The position numbers and the translations under genes are program-made. From the IMG/VR virus record IMGVR_UViG_3300009648_000003, positions 39,943 to 103,942 of that record: a stretch of DNA of 64,000 nt; one strand, 5' to 3'. Numbering within the stretch: the first letter of the stretch is position 1; each line of letters starts with the position of its first letter. Below, in pieces: positions 48,901-58,079 of the stretch. This stretch comes from a virus. Its lineage: Duplodnaviria; Caudoviricetes. The notes below the pieces were generated by a model. That model was not told the DNA's origin. It saw only the letters and a list, made by a program, of their open reading frames with translations, and searched no databases.

Positions 48901-49031
48901 ATTAGTAATGCAGGAAATTCTGAATAAGGCACATAAACAAAGTTATATTTGCCTTCATCTTGTGTGCTTAAAAATTTGAATATATATTCTTGTTTTGATA
49001 GTTTATAATCAACAATCTTAAAATTGTACAC
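45954..49031 (-). CDS. Large putative virion protein with C-terminal LamG-like domain
   Basis: 1025 aa; C-terminal GFVFRY.D..NYY...GD....YLDG. Confidence 0.65.
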   Translation of the reverse strand: MYNFKIVDYKLSKQEYIFKFLSTQDEGKYNFVYVPYSEFPALLMLDYILATNPHEFNVDIFNYFSEMGQSEKYSDGDILVLSEGLNSKEGYINKLGIYKKDYYPSQTKGLIGAVKEQAHDKGSVLELSLTEGKFKIVDLFKYIGSQKIGGGTVKVGIDNFLRENIILSTLISEKYLGDRKDWVSADFLSIKHTTRDSSYVEFVSGIQVYKEDEKIEVHSSINSYLGDNRVGNFINIFGVNRVNTYETVLHEGIYAKVLNQFNGVIIDGDLYTRDYLFSNMSSISTGLRDIVLKSSVFDFTFAQRYSYIYSEIIFDDLFTERKNEFKGHKVHTYDYIKYSSFVLDYTEEYSLSGIYTEIIEGLHSKKDLVCYGFLFSIAPYQKEVYTNISELGSFNKISGDKGIIEFVSFLNKETGVEVSIETPIFSTYDAERLAGIEYLLNGIVETDRRGELFYSKYSIIPKNRFGYTVVGGWADRYKENRAVRKYIFTSEDEGMGPSIIFDVGDLNREDGSLSIITSHLMVDYENESMKDSDFIISIGDERSGYEDIYYISGINTKDRNTQLMGLDVGVRSDKRYSHILLVGLTSDKEKDADQAYNWFSDKDIDSFTNYFYHSGDRIFSPIGFLKYGIYSFEERQHEAIVDFTSRLGSIDLGKHAFIDNYISTSSRDMSGKGVIEGLFFTDLDAPREGRLEFVLDVTKPRKKLLKSWLEEVDRDLKKDMFLEGYVEGVKRTTRGLVKYTPDLYKRAIQKNITMQNDLTSAGIKRINKLDIGARKMDGSVPIQKDMDRTNLLDGLRYKKEPLLKYFVEDHDYEKDGVVDYTQIYSDKFKDAFIENQISSQSLMYDYSRILKEGMQVEHWEVGYAIPENYDPKDPFNAYYPWAEERNTYSIVQESQWERVKGDWTINKGKAEIISKDGEGLLVVSNPYEDFKFKFCVTLGYEPQSRVGFVFRYKDILNYYKVSISPGSNPIELVQLIDGRERKVASPIAPFFMEGESIHYIDLSCVGDRLVIYLDGRLQYDILLEG

Positions 49032-49053
49032 ACAACCACCGTCCTTATGTATA

Positions 49054-49076
49054 AGAACTACCCTGAAGGTAGTTCT
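49054..49076 (-). terminator. Stem-loop (weak terminator or processing hairpin)
   Basis: 9-bp stem AGAACTACC/GGTAGTTCT with a poor U-tract. Confidence 0.5.
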
Positions 49077-49077
49077 A

Positions 49078-50160
49078 TTAATATCTTAGCTCACTTAATA
49101 TTGCTATTGCAGTTCCCCTATTTGGAGACATATTAAAGAAATTTTGTTCTGTATTTACATCAAAAAATCTATACACTTCTTGTTTCCATGGTTTATCTGG
49201 GTATTTACACTTATCCACATCCACAATTAATTTATCATAGTGGAGTATATTATGTTTTATTACTGCAATACAATCCTTTAATTGACTCCTATACCCCTCA
49301 TATGGGTGAACCACATATACTGGGGATAAATGGTACTTATCAGTATGTCTTGAGGCTTGGAATCCTTGTTTCTCTAATTCTAACCCTGTATCACCCAACT
49401 CGGGATGTACATAAGCATCACCTGGTTTAGGAGCAGGTGTAATAAAAGCTGGGTAGTGTTTTTGGAACTTTACTCTTGACTTAGTCCCTAACATCTGAAA
49501 AGTATTATTACCTGAAGAAGTGTACATACCAAAATATTGGTTATTTGACTTTAATTCACTCATTGTAGGCTCTGGATCCACCGCCCCAGCGGTTAACAAC
49601 ACATTACCTTCTATATCATCCTTGTTAAATTCAAAAGGTTCTGTCTTACCAATATACATAAAAGATTTTCTATAGTCATCAAAATTAACTACTGGATCCG
49701 CTTGTATAACCGCTGCGATTCTATCATTATCGATATTCATGAAAATATGAAGAGAATGATTTGCAGTTCTCTCAGTATTTGCCATTTTTTCGTCTGCACA
49801 TTGATATTTTACAACAGGACCCTCTAATTTAAATGTTTCATTTTCCTCATCATACTCATCTAGTATCTGTACTGTAAAAGTTGCGTACCTTGTGGAAGGA
49901 TTAACTACCGCTTCATTAGTCAACCTCACAAAAAATTCTTTGGCTGTCTCACCTTCAGGGATACCCCTTCTTAAAATTAGTTCTTTTACATACTCACCTT
50001 CAGTTACTTCACTATGAACCTCCCATATACAATTTATTGGCTGTTCATCGTGTTCTTCGTCATAAGGATAAATATCTAATGAATTTATTTCATCCCTTAA
50101 AAAATTTAAAAACTCGTTTGCAGGAATATCTAACCTACTAATATACTTAAAATGTGCCAT
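49078..50160 (-). CDS. Putative virion structural protein (paralog of 50167-51972)
   Basis: Shared motifs DP..SF.Y.GK, TS.G, Y.PAF, FQ.S..TD..H.SP.Y.V..YEGYR..L. Confidence 0.72.
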   Translation of the reverse strand: MAHFKYISRLDIPANEFLNFLRDEINSLDIYPYDEEHDEQPINCIWEVHSEVTEGEYVKELILRRGIPEGETAKEFFVRLTNEAVVNPSTRYATFTVQILDEYDEENETFKLEGPVVKYQCADEKMANTERTANHSLHIFMNIDNDRIAAVIQADPVVNFDDYRKSFMYIGKTEPFEFNKDDIEGNVLLTAGAVDPEPTMSELKSNNQYFGMYTSSGNNTFQMLGTKSRVKFQKHYPAFITPAPKPGDAYVHPELGDTGLELEKQGFQASRHTDKYHLSPVYVVHPYEGYRSQLKDCIAVIKHNILHYDKLIVDVDKCKYPDKPWKQEVYRFFDVNTEQNFFNMSPNRGTAIAILSELRY

Positions 50161-50166
50161 TATAAA

Positions 50167-51972
50167 TCATCTCCTTTTTATTTCTTTTAAAATTGCTACC
50201 GACATTACCCCACCTGGTGCGGGGGATTTGTCTAAAAAACTAATAGGAACATTTATATTAAAAAACTTATATGTCTCTACATAATCACCTACATCCCAAT
50301 CTAACTCATCCCCGTTCCTTAAATATTGATCATATATAGCAACTATCCCATCTAAATAACCTCTATATCCTTCATATCCATTAACTAGATAAATTGGACT
50401 TGAATGTACATGATCTGTCCATTGAGAAGGTTGAAATAGATAGTCTGCTAGTACTAACCTCCCCACCCCCTTTGGCAGAGTACCCACACTAGGGTAATTT
50501 GGTAACTGTACAAGAAAAGCAGGTAGATACTCTTGATAGGGCAATCTACTTATTCCACGGTATACAGACACAGTATCCATACCATTGGAAGTAAATGCTC
50601 CATACTTTGCATAATCAGGATTACTCTCTTTGTCTATATCCTTTAACACAAAACCAGATTTGTTTTTATCTAATGCTCCCATCCCAACTGTAACTGCAAA
50701 ATTAGTTTCAACATCATCTGGGTTTAATGGGATAAACTTACCAAAATAAGCAAAGCTTCTATAAAAAGATTCAAATTCAAAATTAGGGTCCCCTTCCAAT
50801 AAAATTATAGCTCTGTCATTATTAAAACTAATCCAATATTTCACTACTGAATCTTTCCCCCGCATATTTGGGATTAACCACCTCTTTGTGGAATTCTCGG
50901 AGAAAAACCAATAAGATATAGGACTTCTTACCCCACCTAAAACTAAATCCCCTGGTTCATAATAATTGTTGAGTTGCCTCTCAAATGCCCTATATGCCTC
51001 ATGTTCATCAATAATCTTCGGAGTTCTACCAACAATTAAAGTATCTAAATCACATGCTAAACGATATGATTCTTCAGGATCTCCTCTTAAATTTCTTTGG
51101 TATTTTATCTCGACACCATATTGCACCATAACATAATTACTACTGTCCAATGGTTTTTCAAAATATATTGTATATTTATACCCATTATTAGTATTACATT
51201 CTAATACTAATTTTTCTGTTACTGCATAATATTTAGGAGTAAAAGTATAGTGGTCTACTGAATATGAACTTCTAATTGTGACTGATTGTATAGCTGTGTA
51301 TATAGAACCATCTTGTGTATATTGATACCTCCCTACACGTAATGAAGTACCATTGTATAAAAAATAAGTCCAATCATCTGGTAACGGTGCTACTAATTTG
51401 TAATAATTCCAATTTTCATCTTCTACGTCATTGCCTAAATAATCAATTCTTGTATGTTTAACTACATAAGCTTGATATTTCTCCCACCTGTTTGGAAACA
51501 TTCTTACTGGAGTATCAGGGTGCATATCTACTAAAGTTACTAAAGCATTTTCTATTTCAACAACTTCACCATTATGTGTGAAAGGTGCAAAACTAATCCT
51601 CTTCCCAGTTCTATGCTCAGGATGAGTATCAGTATATTCCCCAAAAGGGGTATCTTGTTTAGCTTCATAGAAATACCCGTCGCTAGCTTTGTAATTTTTA
51701 GGCTCATTAGGAATTTTATACACAGTACTCTCATTACCATCTTCATGTATATATTTACCTGTAACTCTTACTGAATCTAATTCATAAGTTACAAAATCGT
51801 GTTCTCTTTCTTTGTATAAAATCTCCCATCTGCTATACTCTCCACCCCCGTCAGGATTAGGGATATAAGCATTAACTATTTCATATGATAAATCTGTTAA
51901 TAAATTCTTAACAGTACTCTCTCCTTCTATCCAAGCACAGGGTGCACTTCGTAATCTATTCTGACAATTCAT
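50167..51972 (-). CDS. Putative virion structural protein (paralog of 49078-50160 with large insertion)
   Basis: Same shared motifs in the C-terminal half. Confidence 0.72.
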   Translation of the reverse strand: MNCQNRLRSAPCAWIEGESTVKNLLTDLSYEIVNAYIPNPDGGGEYSRWEILYKEREHDFVTYELDSVRVTGKYIHEDGNESTVYKIPNEPKNYKASDGYFYEAKQDTPFGEYTDTHPEHRTGKRISFAPFTHNGEVVEIENALVTLVDMHPDTPVRMFPNRWEKYQAYVVKHTRIDYLGNDVEDENWNYYKLVAPLPDDWTYFLYNGTSLRVGRYQYTQDGSIYTAIQSVTIRSSYSVDHYTFTPKYYAVTEKLVLECNTNNGYKYTIYFEKPLDSSNYVMVQYGVEIKYQRNLRGDPEESYRLACDLDTLIVGRTPKIIDEHEAYRAFERQLNNYYEPGDLVLGGVRSPISYWFFSENSTKRWLIPNMRGKDSVVKYWISFNNDRAIILLEGDPNFEFESFYRSFAYFGKFIPLNPDDVETNFAVTVGMGALDKNKSGFVLKDIDKESNPDYAKYGAFTSNGMDTVSVYRGISRLPYQEYLPAFLVQLPNYPSVGTLPKGVGRLVLADYLFQPSQWTDHVHSSPIYLVNGYEGYRGYLDGIVAIYDQYLRNGDELDWDVGDYVETYKFFNINVPISFLDKSPAPGGVMSVAILKEIKRR

Positions 51973-52396
51973 CTTCCTCCTCTTCCTCCCCTCTTAAAAA
52001 CTTAATATTGTACCATACTGATTTTGATTTCCCACTAACATTGTGGAAAGCGAACTTTATTGGTGTGTTTTCATCCAAAGGATACACTATACCAAAACTA
52101 TTCCCCATTGAAACAGATTCAGGTAATTCTTTTGTATAAATTGTCTCACACACTTTTGTATCCCCTAAAGTTAATTCCCAATAGTCCCCATCACAGTACT
52201 CACTGGCAGCAAAAGCTACTGATAAAAACTCAGAAGGAAAAGGTAAACTAAAAGTATCTGTATACACACCACTACCACTTGCCTCTATTCTTCTTCCTTT
52301 TATATAAGGTACAGTATATATAGAAAAATGAGGGTAGGGTAATTGTCTTACTTTATCTATTACTCCACCTGCTACATAGCTCACAGTAAAAGACAC
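51956..52396 (-). CDS. Putative small structural protein
   Basis: RBS GGGAGGG; beta-rich; late module. Confidence 0.65.
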   Translation of the reverse strand: MSFTVSYVAGGVIDKVRQLPYPHFSIYTVPYIKGRRIEASGSGVYTDTFSLPFPSEFLSVAFAASEYCDGDYWELTLGDTKVCETIYTKELPESVSMGNSFGIVYPLDENTPIKFAFHNVSGKSKSVWYNIKFLRGEEEEEDELSE

Positions 52397-52409
52397 TACA
52401 ATCCCTCCC

Positions 52410-52808
52410 CTAAATTTTTGTTACTGTTGTGCTTGCTAACAAACCATTTTTATCATAATGTAAATCTATTTCATATCTCCTCTGTGCATTCTCACCTTTA
52501 TTGTAGTAAGATATTGAAACCGCAGTTAACCTCCAATACTTACAAAAATTATAATCAGGATGACTCGGTTTTAGTCCTTCAGGGTATGTTGATTCATCAT
52601 CGCTGCCTCTAGTTAGAAGTATTTCCTCAACCAGACCTGATTCATAAGTTAGTTCAGCTGCTGTCACAATTTCATCATCTAACGGATGGTCCCTGTATAA
52701 AATTACTGAGGGTATACCAAAATCAACACCTTGTTCCTTCATTTCCTTATGAATTAAATCCAAGACAGGAAATACAATATTATCATTAACAATTCCACCA
52801 TGTATCAC
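52410..52808 (-). CDS. Hypothetical protein (late module)
   Basis: Abuts the hub gene. Confidence 0.6.
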   Translation of the reverse strand: MIHGGIVNDNIVFPVLDLIHKEMKEQGVDFGIPSVILYRDHPLDDEIVTAAELTYESGLVEEILLTRGSDDESTYPEGLKPSHPDYNFCKYWRLTAVSISYYNKGENAQRRYEIDLHYDKNGLLASTTVTKI

Positions 52809-52809
52809 T

Positions 52810-55800
52810 CTATATCACCGTCCCTTTCCCAGACCAAAACAGTTCTAGATGTTGTGTTAGACCAGATTCCGGACTATAGCTTCTTCTAATACCCTTTACT
52901 GTATAAACAGCGTTTGTAGAAGAATCTTTGTCAATAACTCTTACCTTATCTAACAAGTCTATAGTTGGGTTACAGGGAGTAACTACCTGAACCGAACGAC
53001 ACACCCTTTTCATATCTTCAAATAATCTAGAAGCAACTAATTTACGAATTTCGTATGATTTAGCCCATGGGACTAACACAGAGGCAGTTCTTACTTCACT
53101 CTTTAGCTCTATTAAAATTTCTTTGTCTAAAAAACTTGACTTGTTGCCCTCTTCATCCACCACAATTATATGACTTCGAGCCCTCGAAAAATCTATTGTT
53201 TTATCCACCATAACTAAATTCTCTCTGTACGTGTAAGTATCTACTATCGGTTTGTTATAATCCATAGTCTCTAGTCTGTATGTCCCATACCTATCACAAT
53301 AAGATCTATAATGAGTATCTTTTAATACTTCACTTATACATTCCCCCACCCTATGCTGATATTGAATAAATGTTCTTCCATACTCATCAGTATAAGGGTT
53401 CATCCACCCTTTAGGTGTAGGAGTTGATTCTAAATTGACTACTTCAAATTTCCCTTCCTTGCCAGGAACAGCTCTTACATAGGTGCCTTTATCTTGGTCT
53501 ATAGAAATTAAATATGATTCCTCTATAATAGCATCAGGATATTTCAAATCTTCTGGGTGCCTACGCCACCCAAACATTCCTGCATGGTCTATTAAATCTT
53601 GTATCACAGCAGATTTAAGCCAAGCTACTTTTTCTTCCCCAACTTCTCCACCAGACATTGTGACCCCACCTTCAGTTGCTTCGTCAAACATGGTTAAATT
53701 ATTTTGCTCAATTATATTTATTAATTTTTGTGCATATTTAGGGTCTGTTGCGTAACCAGCAGATTGCAGAGCTCTAGCAGCTTCCTTATAATCCTTAGCA
53801 TTCCTAACTGGTTCATACCTAGATGCTGTCCCAACCAATTTAGCATGATCTTTTATGGAGTCTGCCACTGAATCATAGTCTCTGAATGTAGCAGTAACAG
53901 GTACCCATTGCCCATTCTTATATTCAGTAGTTTGCTTGGTAACAGTTTTACCTTGCCAATCACTCCCTGCCTTTATCCCAAAAATATTATTTCCTATTCG
54001 ATGTTTCCCCCACCCAGATTCTAAAATTGCCTGAGCAATAGTGATAGAAGGTAAAATACCATATTGTCTATAAGTTTCCATAGCCCCTGGGGCTACTTCA
54101 TTAACAAAAGCATTGTCTGATTGAGGAGTTCCCCCAGGAAAATTATCTATTAAATCTATCGCAGGGTATTGTTTAGTTTCAGTCAACACCTTATCAGAAA
54201 TCTTTTTATACATATCTCTTGCAGTAATTGTTATTGTTGGAGGATCATTCCTTATATCTACTTTATCTATCAATCCTGTAAATACTCTTATAAGCTCCTC
54301 CCCATACCCCATATAAATCCTAATAGGAGTATTATTAGACAATACACCTGCTTGGAACCCACCCATAAAATACGAAAATGGGCTCGGATTAAAAATTTCA
54401 GGGAAATAGTAAGGATTATACTCAGGGCTATAAAAACCATTAGGGTTGGGTATGGTGATAACCGCTTCAGCGGACTCTTGTTCTAAAGACGTAACTATAT
54501 CACATGAACTCACCTTATCTAATGTCAAAGTATCAGTATACACAAATTCACCCACAGATAAATCGAATACTTGAGGCTCATTAGAAAATACAAAATCAAC
54601 TATCTCTCGTTCTTCCCAATAACCACCCTGTGTTTTTATAAAATCTTCCTGTTTTGTACTGTAACCTTTATCTAAATAAAAATGACTAGCAACTTCTTTT
54701 GTGGGTACTATATCCACTATTTTTATCCGTCCGATAGAAAATTTCTTATCTGTCTTTTTGCCATTACTAACTGCATCTTTTCCACCCCACTTTATGGTTA
54801 TATCTATATTTACATCCCCAGCAGGTACATATATCCTCTTTAATTCCTGAACTTTGTTTAGCCCACTAAAATTCTTTAAATTAACAGAACGCTTCTTGGG
54901 GTCATTTATAAAAATATAAAACTCATCACCATCTCCACTAGAAAAGTTAGACCTTACAGCAATATCCATATAACCTTCTTTAGGCATCTTTAATTTTATA
55001 TTCATACCTGTGGTTATACCTTTTGAAAAAAGTTTCTTTTTAAATGTTAATGTATTCCAATTATGAATCCCCCCTATGGTATTCTTTTCCAAAGAGGATA
55101 ATTTCAAAAATTTATCCTTAAAAGTATATTTATTATTTTTATGCCAATCTTTCTTAAAAAAAGTTTCATTCAATCTAACTGCATTTTTATACCCAACAAC
55201 AGATGTCTGTTTAACCACACCACCCCCTTGCTGTGATATTGAGGTTGCTGGTTTTTTCTTACCTTCTAAATAAGGACGTGGGTTAACTGCTCTATAATTA
55301 CCCTTATCGTCTATACTTTCATGTATTTCAAAATGAAGATGAGCTCCATACCCCTTATACCTCATAGAACTTGTATCTTCATATGACCCTAGCACTGCTT
55401 TGCCACCACTAAACACGCCACCAGTATTACCGCCTTCGCCAATTACCTGTCCAGGTGATACAACATCACCAACAGAAACTAAAGCATTATCTAAATGGGC
55501 ATATCTAGTTTTTAATCCATTGGGGTGTATAATATCAACGTATATGCCATATCCATTATAAAGATTAGATCTTTTAACCGCACTAACTTTCCCACCCCAT
55601 GCTGCTAATATAGGAGTACCTACACCTTTACGCTCAGGAAAAGCTTTCTCATTCAATGCTATATCAATACCTTGATGCTTTCTCCCACCACTCCTTGCTG
55701 CACCAAATTCACTTGTAGCATTAGCAAGGGACATCCCTTGAACTGGGAATATTATATTATCAGTATTAACAATTGTATTTCCATCAAACAAACCACTCTC

Positions 55801-55992
55801 ACTAGCTTCTATCCATTCTCTCTGTATTTCTACCTCAGTATCTAAATCAAAGTCATCTATGGTTATTTGCTCAATTTTACCTGGCACAAATGCCATTCTA
55901 TCCACTTCCACAACACACCTAGGTCTTGAATACTGCCCTATCTTTAAATTATCTTTTAATTTTCTGTTAAAATCTTTTGATAAATATTGCAT
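52810..55992 (-). CDS. Baseplate hub/tail-associated lysin with M23 peptidase and GH73 glucosaminidase domains
   Basis: HQGID...YAHL...GNTG...HLHFE (M23); AQAILESGWG..NNIFGIKA...FRDY...YATDPKY (GH73); hub-like I.MGY....FTG.ID.V......I.ARD. Confidence 0.88.
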   Translation of the reverse strand: MQYLSKDFNRKLKDNLKIGQYSRPRCVVEVDRMAFVPGKIEQITIDDFDLDTEVEIQREWIEASESGLFDGNTIVNTDNIIFPVQGMSLANATSEFGAARSGGRKHQGIDIALNEKAFPERKGVGTPILAAWGGKVSAVKRSNLYNGYGIYVDIIHPNGLKTRYAHLDNALVSVGDVVSPGQVIGEGGNTGGVFSGGKAVLGSYEDTSSMRYKGYGAHLHFEIHESIDDKGNYRAVNPRPYLEGKKKPATSISQQGGGVVKQTSVVGYKNAVRLNETFFKKDWHKNNKYTFKDKFLKLSSLEKNTIGGIHNWNTLTFKKKLFSKGITTGMNIKLKMPKEGYMDIAVRSNFSSGDGDEFYIFINDPKKRSVNLKNFSGLNKVQELKRIYVPAGDVNIDITIKWGGKDAVSNGKKTDKKFSIGRIKIVDIVPTKEVASHFYLDKGYSTKQEDFIKTQGGYWEEREIVDFVFSNEPQVFDLSVGEFVYTDTLTLDKVSSCDIVTSLEQESAEAVITIPNPNGFYSPEYNPYYFPEIFNPSPFSYFMGGFQAGVLSNNTPIRIYMGYGEELIRVFTGLIDKVDIRNDPPTITITARDMYKKISDKVLTETKQYPAIDLIDNFPGGTPQSDNAFVNEVAPGAMETYRQYGILPSITIAQAILESGWGKHRIGNNIFGIKAGSDWQGKTVTKQTTEYKNGQWVPVTATFRDYDSVADSIKDHAKLVGTASRYEPVRNAKDYKEAARALQSAGYATDPKYAQKLINIIEQNNLTMFDEATEGGVTMSGGEVGEEKVAWLKSAVIQDLIDHAGMFGWRRHPEDLKYPDAIIEESYLISIDQDKGTYVRAVPGKEGKFEVVNLESTPTPKGWMNPYTDEYGRTFIQYQHRVGECISEVLKDTHYRSYCDRYGTYRLETMDYNKPIVDTYTYRENLVMVDKTIDFSRARSHIIVVDEEGNKSSFLDKEILIELKSEVRTASVLVPWAKSYEIRKLVASRLFEDMKRVCRSVQVVTPCNPTIDLLDKVRVIDKDSSTNAVYTVKGIRRSYSPESGLTQHLELFWSGKGTVI

Positions 55993-56000
55993 AACATCAC

Positions 56001-57425
56001 CTATAAAAACCTTTCCATCATTAATTTTCTAAATCTGTTTAATATGGTTACAGCATGTGCTCTAGTCATGAATGTATTTGGCATAAACCACATCTCCCCA
56101 CCTTCTCCCTGGTGTACTGGGTTCTTATTAGAATCCACTTTAACTGTTTTTACCCCTTCATGTTCTGTAATTTCTTTTACTGGCATCCCATTTACCATCA
56201 ACTCGCCACTACTCAACATTTCTTGTTCTAATGCTAATATGTGGGGAGCCCACCATGAATCATCTCTTGGGTCAGCATTTCCAACGGTTCCGTTTACATT
56301 ATGATAAGTACCTTTATCGACTCTATAATATTTTGTATGAACACCCACATCGGCAAGGTGATTACTCTTGTTTTTCTCTCTTTTTATTCTAACTATATCT
56401 CCCTCTTTTAAATAATTTTTAAAAACAATAGTATAGCCATCATATTCTTCGTAATCCACACCAACTTTTTGTTTTTTACCATTTAAATAAACTTCTATAT
56501 CATTTTTGCCCACATCGTACCTGCCAGGTATACTGACTGCTCTCTGCCAATCATATGCTTCTATTTCAACATCAAGTATATGTGTTGAAGCCTTTGTATC
56601 GGAAAATCTACTATAAAAAGTTCTCCTTAATCTATCTACAAGCACAAAAGCTTCCGCCCTTGTAATATAAGCATCAGGAAATACTCGGTTATAATGTAAT
56701 ATAGTATCAGTTACAGGGGTAACCTCCTCTGTATTCACCTTTATATAGCCCTCATTAGTAAGATAAGTTACTTTACAAGTAACCCCATTTAAATTATAAG
56801 GAACATGTAAAATACCATCAGGAGCAATAAAATATACATCATCATGATAACTGATATGTTTCCTCAATACTTCTTGCCTTCTATTTGGGTCTGCATCCCA
56901 CTCCTCTTGGGTTATATTAGCACGTTTTAAATATTTACCAAATACTGAAACATACTCCCTTTTATCACGATAAAAAGGGTTATAGTAATAATTAGCATAC
57001 CCCTTTAACCTTTTATTTGGGTATCTTATACTTTCACCGCTAGTTTGTGTAGGTCTTCCAAATTCGTCTAATTTTGGAACACCATAACTTGCAAACGCTA
57101 CAATAGCGTTTGCAGGTGCCCCACTGTATAAAGTAACTTTTGTTTTACCACCTTCAGCAGCTACTTCTTTATAAACAGTTTGGACCCCATTTATATATAC
57201 AAACAAAGGGTTATCATTTGTTGGAGTTATAGCTTTATTTAACGTAAATTCTTTTTGTCCCGCTGTTGCTTTAAATTCTTGATAAATATAAGGTTTTGTA
57301 GGTTCAAATACATTATATGGAATACCTACAATTAAAGGCTCACCATCCTCTAGGATAATATTTGAAGCTTCAACTATTTCGTTATAATACCATTTGTTAG
57401 AAGTCACATCTAAAAATCTACTCAC
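56001..57425 (-). CDS. Tail protein with two interrupted SLH motifs
   Basis: F.DV...WYY..I ... P...ITRAEA..L.R; LADV...WW...I ... F.PN..MTRA.A...LNR. Confidence 0.7.
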   Translation of the reverse strand: MSRFLDVTSNKWYYNEIVEASNIILEDGEPLIVGIPYNVFEPTKPYIYQEFKATAGQKEFTLNKAITPTNDNPLFVYINGVQTVYKEVAAEGGKTKVTLYSGAPANAIVAFASYGVPKLDEFGRPTQTSGESIRYPNKRLKGYANYYYNPFYRDKREYVSVFGKYLKRANITQEEWDADPNRRQEVLRKHISYHDDVYFIAPDGILHVPYNLNGVTCKVTYLTNEGYIKVNTEEVTPVTDTILHYNRVFPDAYITRAEAFVLVDRLRRTFYSRFSDTKASTHILDVEIEAYDWQRAVSIPGRYDVGKNDIEVYLNGKKQKVGVDYEEYDGYTIVFKNYLKEGDIVRIKREKNKSNHLADVGVHTKYYRVDKGTYHNVNGTVGNADPRDDSWWAPHILALEQEMLSSGELMVNGMPVKEITEHEGVKTVKVDSNKNPVHQGEGGEMWFMPNTFMTRAHAVTILNRFRKLMMERFL

Positions 57426-57431
57426 ATTTAT

Positions 57432-58055
57432 CTACTCCCTTAATATTTTCTCAAGTAACCGCCTTGTACGATTTAACATTGCAACAAACTCAGCTCTGGT
57501 CGTAAAATCATTTGGTCTAAAATATAAAACAGGGTCTCCCTCCACAGTAGTAACTGATAATGTACCTAAATTTGCCATTTCACTTATCTGTTCTTCTGCC
57601 CAATGTCCCTGTATATCTTGAAATTGGAAAAAATCCTTTTTATCATACTGATCTTTCTTAATAAGTATTAAAGTTATGTCTAACAAATATCTTGTACTTG
57701 CTTCCACCGCCCTAGGTTTAACATCATCAACTGTCCCAATATAAATTTGACCTCGTTCATCATAAAATTTATGGGCACCACCTATATAACTCATATACTC
57801 AACATAAGAACGCCTATCTAAAAATAATAACCCAAATGTTGATTTATATGCTGAAATACCTGAATGGTGTAAATGAGATGGTCCATCTAATATATCAATT
57901 TTAGCAACTTTAGGCACTGGTGATGGTGGGGTATATGGTTCAACAATATGTGCATCAACTTCTTTAAACTCCATTCCTACATCCACAAACAACCTTTTTT
58001 TATACTTATGTTTATCATCATCTAATGGATTTACATAAGGTTTTTGTCTTGACAT
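57432..58055 (-). CDS. Distal-tail (Dit)-position protein with C-terminal SLH motif
   Basis: First tail gene after the TMP and moron; FQDIQGHWAEEQI..MA.LG...FRPN..TTRAEFVAMLNR. Confidence 0.72.
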   Translation of the reverse strand: MSRQKPYVNPLDDDKHKYKKRLFVDVGMEFKEVDAHIVEPYTPPSPVPKVAKIDILDGPSHLHHSGISAYKSTFGLLFLDRRSYVEYMSYIGGAHKFYDERGQIYIGTVDDVKPRAVEASTRYLLDITLILIKKDQYDKKDFFQFQDIQGHWAEEQISEMANLGTLSVTTVEGDPVLYFRPNDFTTRAEFVAMLNRTRRLLEKILRE

Positions 58056-58079
58056 TTACACACCCCCAATTCTACTTAA

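Noticed and set aside
27200-52808. Diversity-generating retroelement targeting adhesin genes
   Set aside because: No reverse transcriptase and no TR/VR-like near-duplicate noticed in the window.
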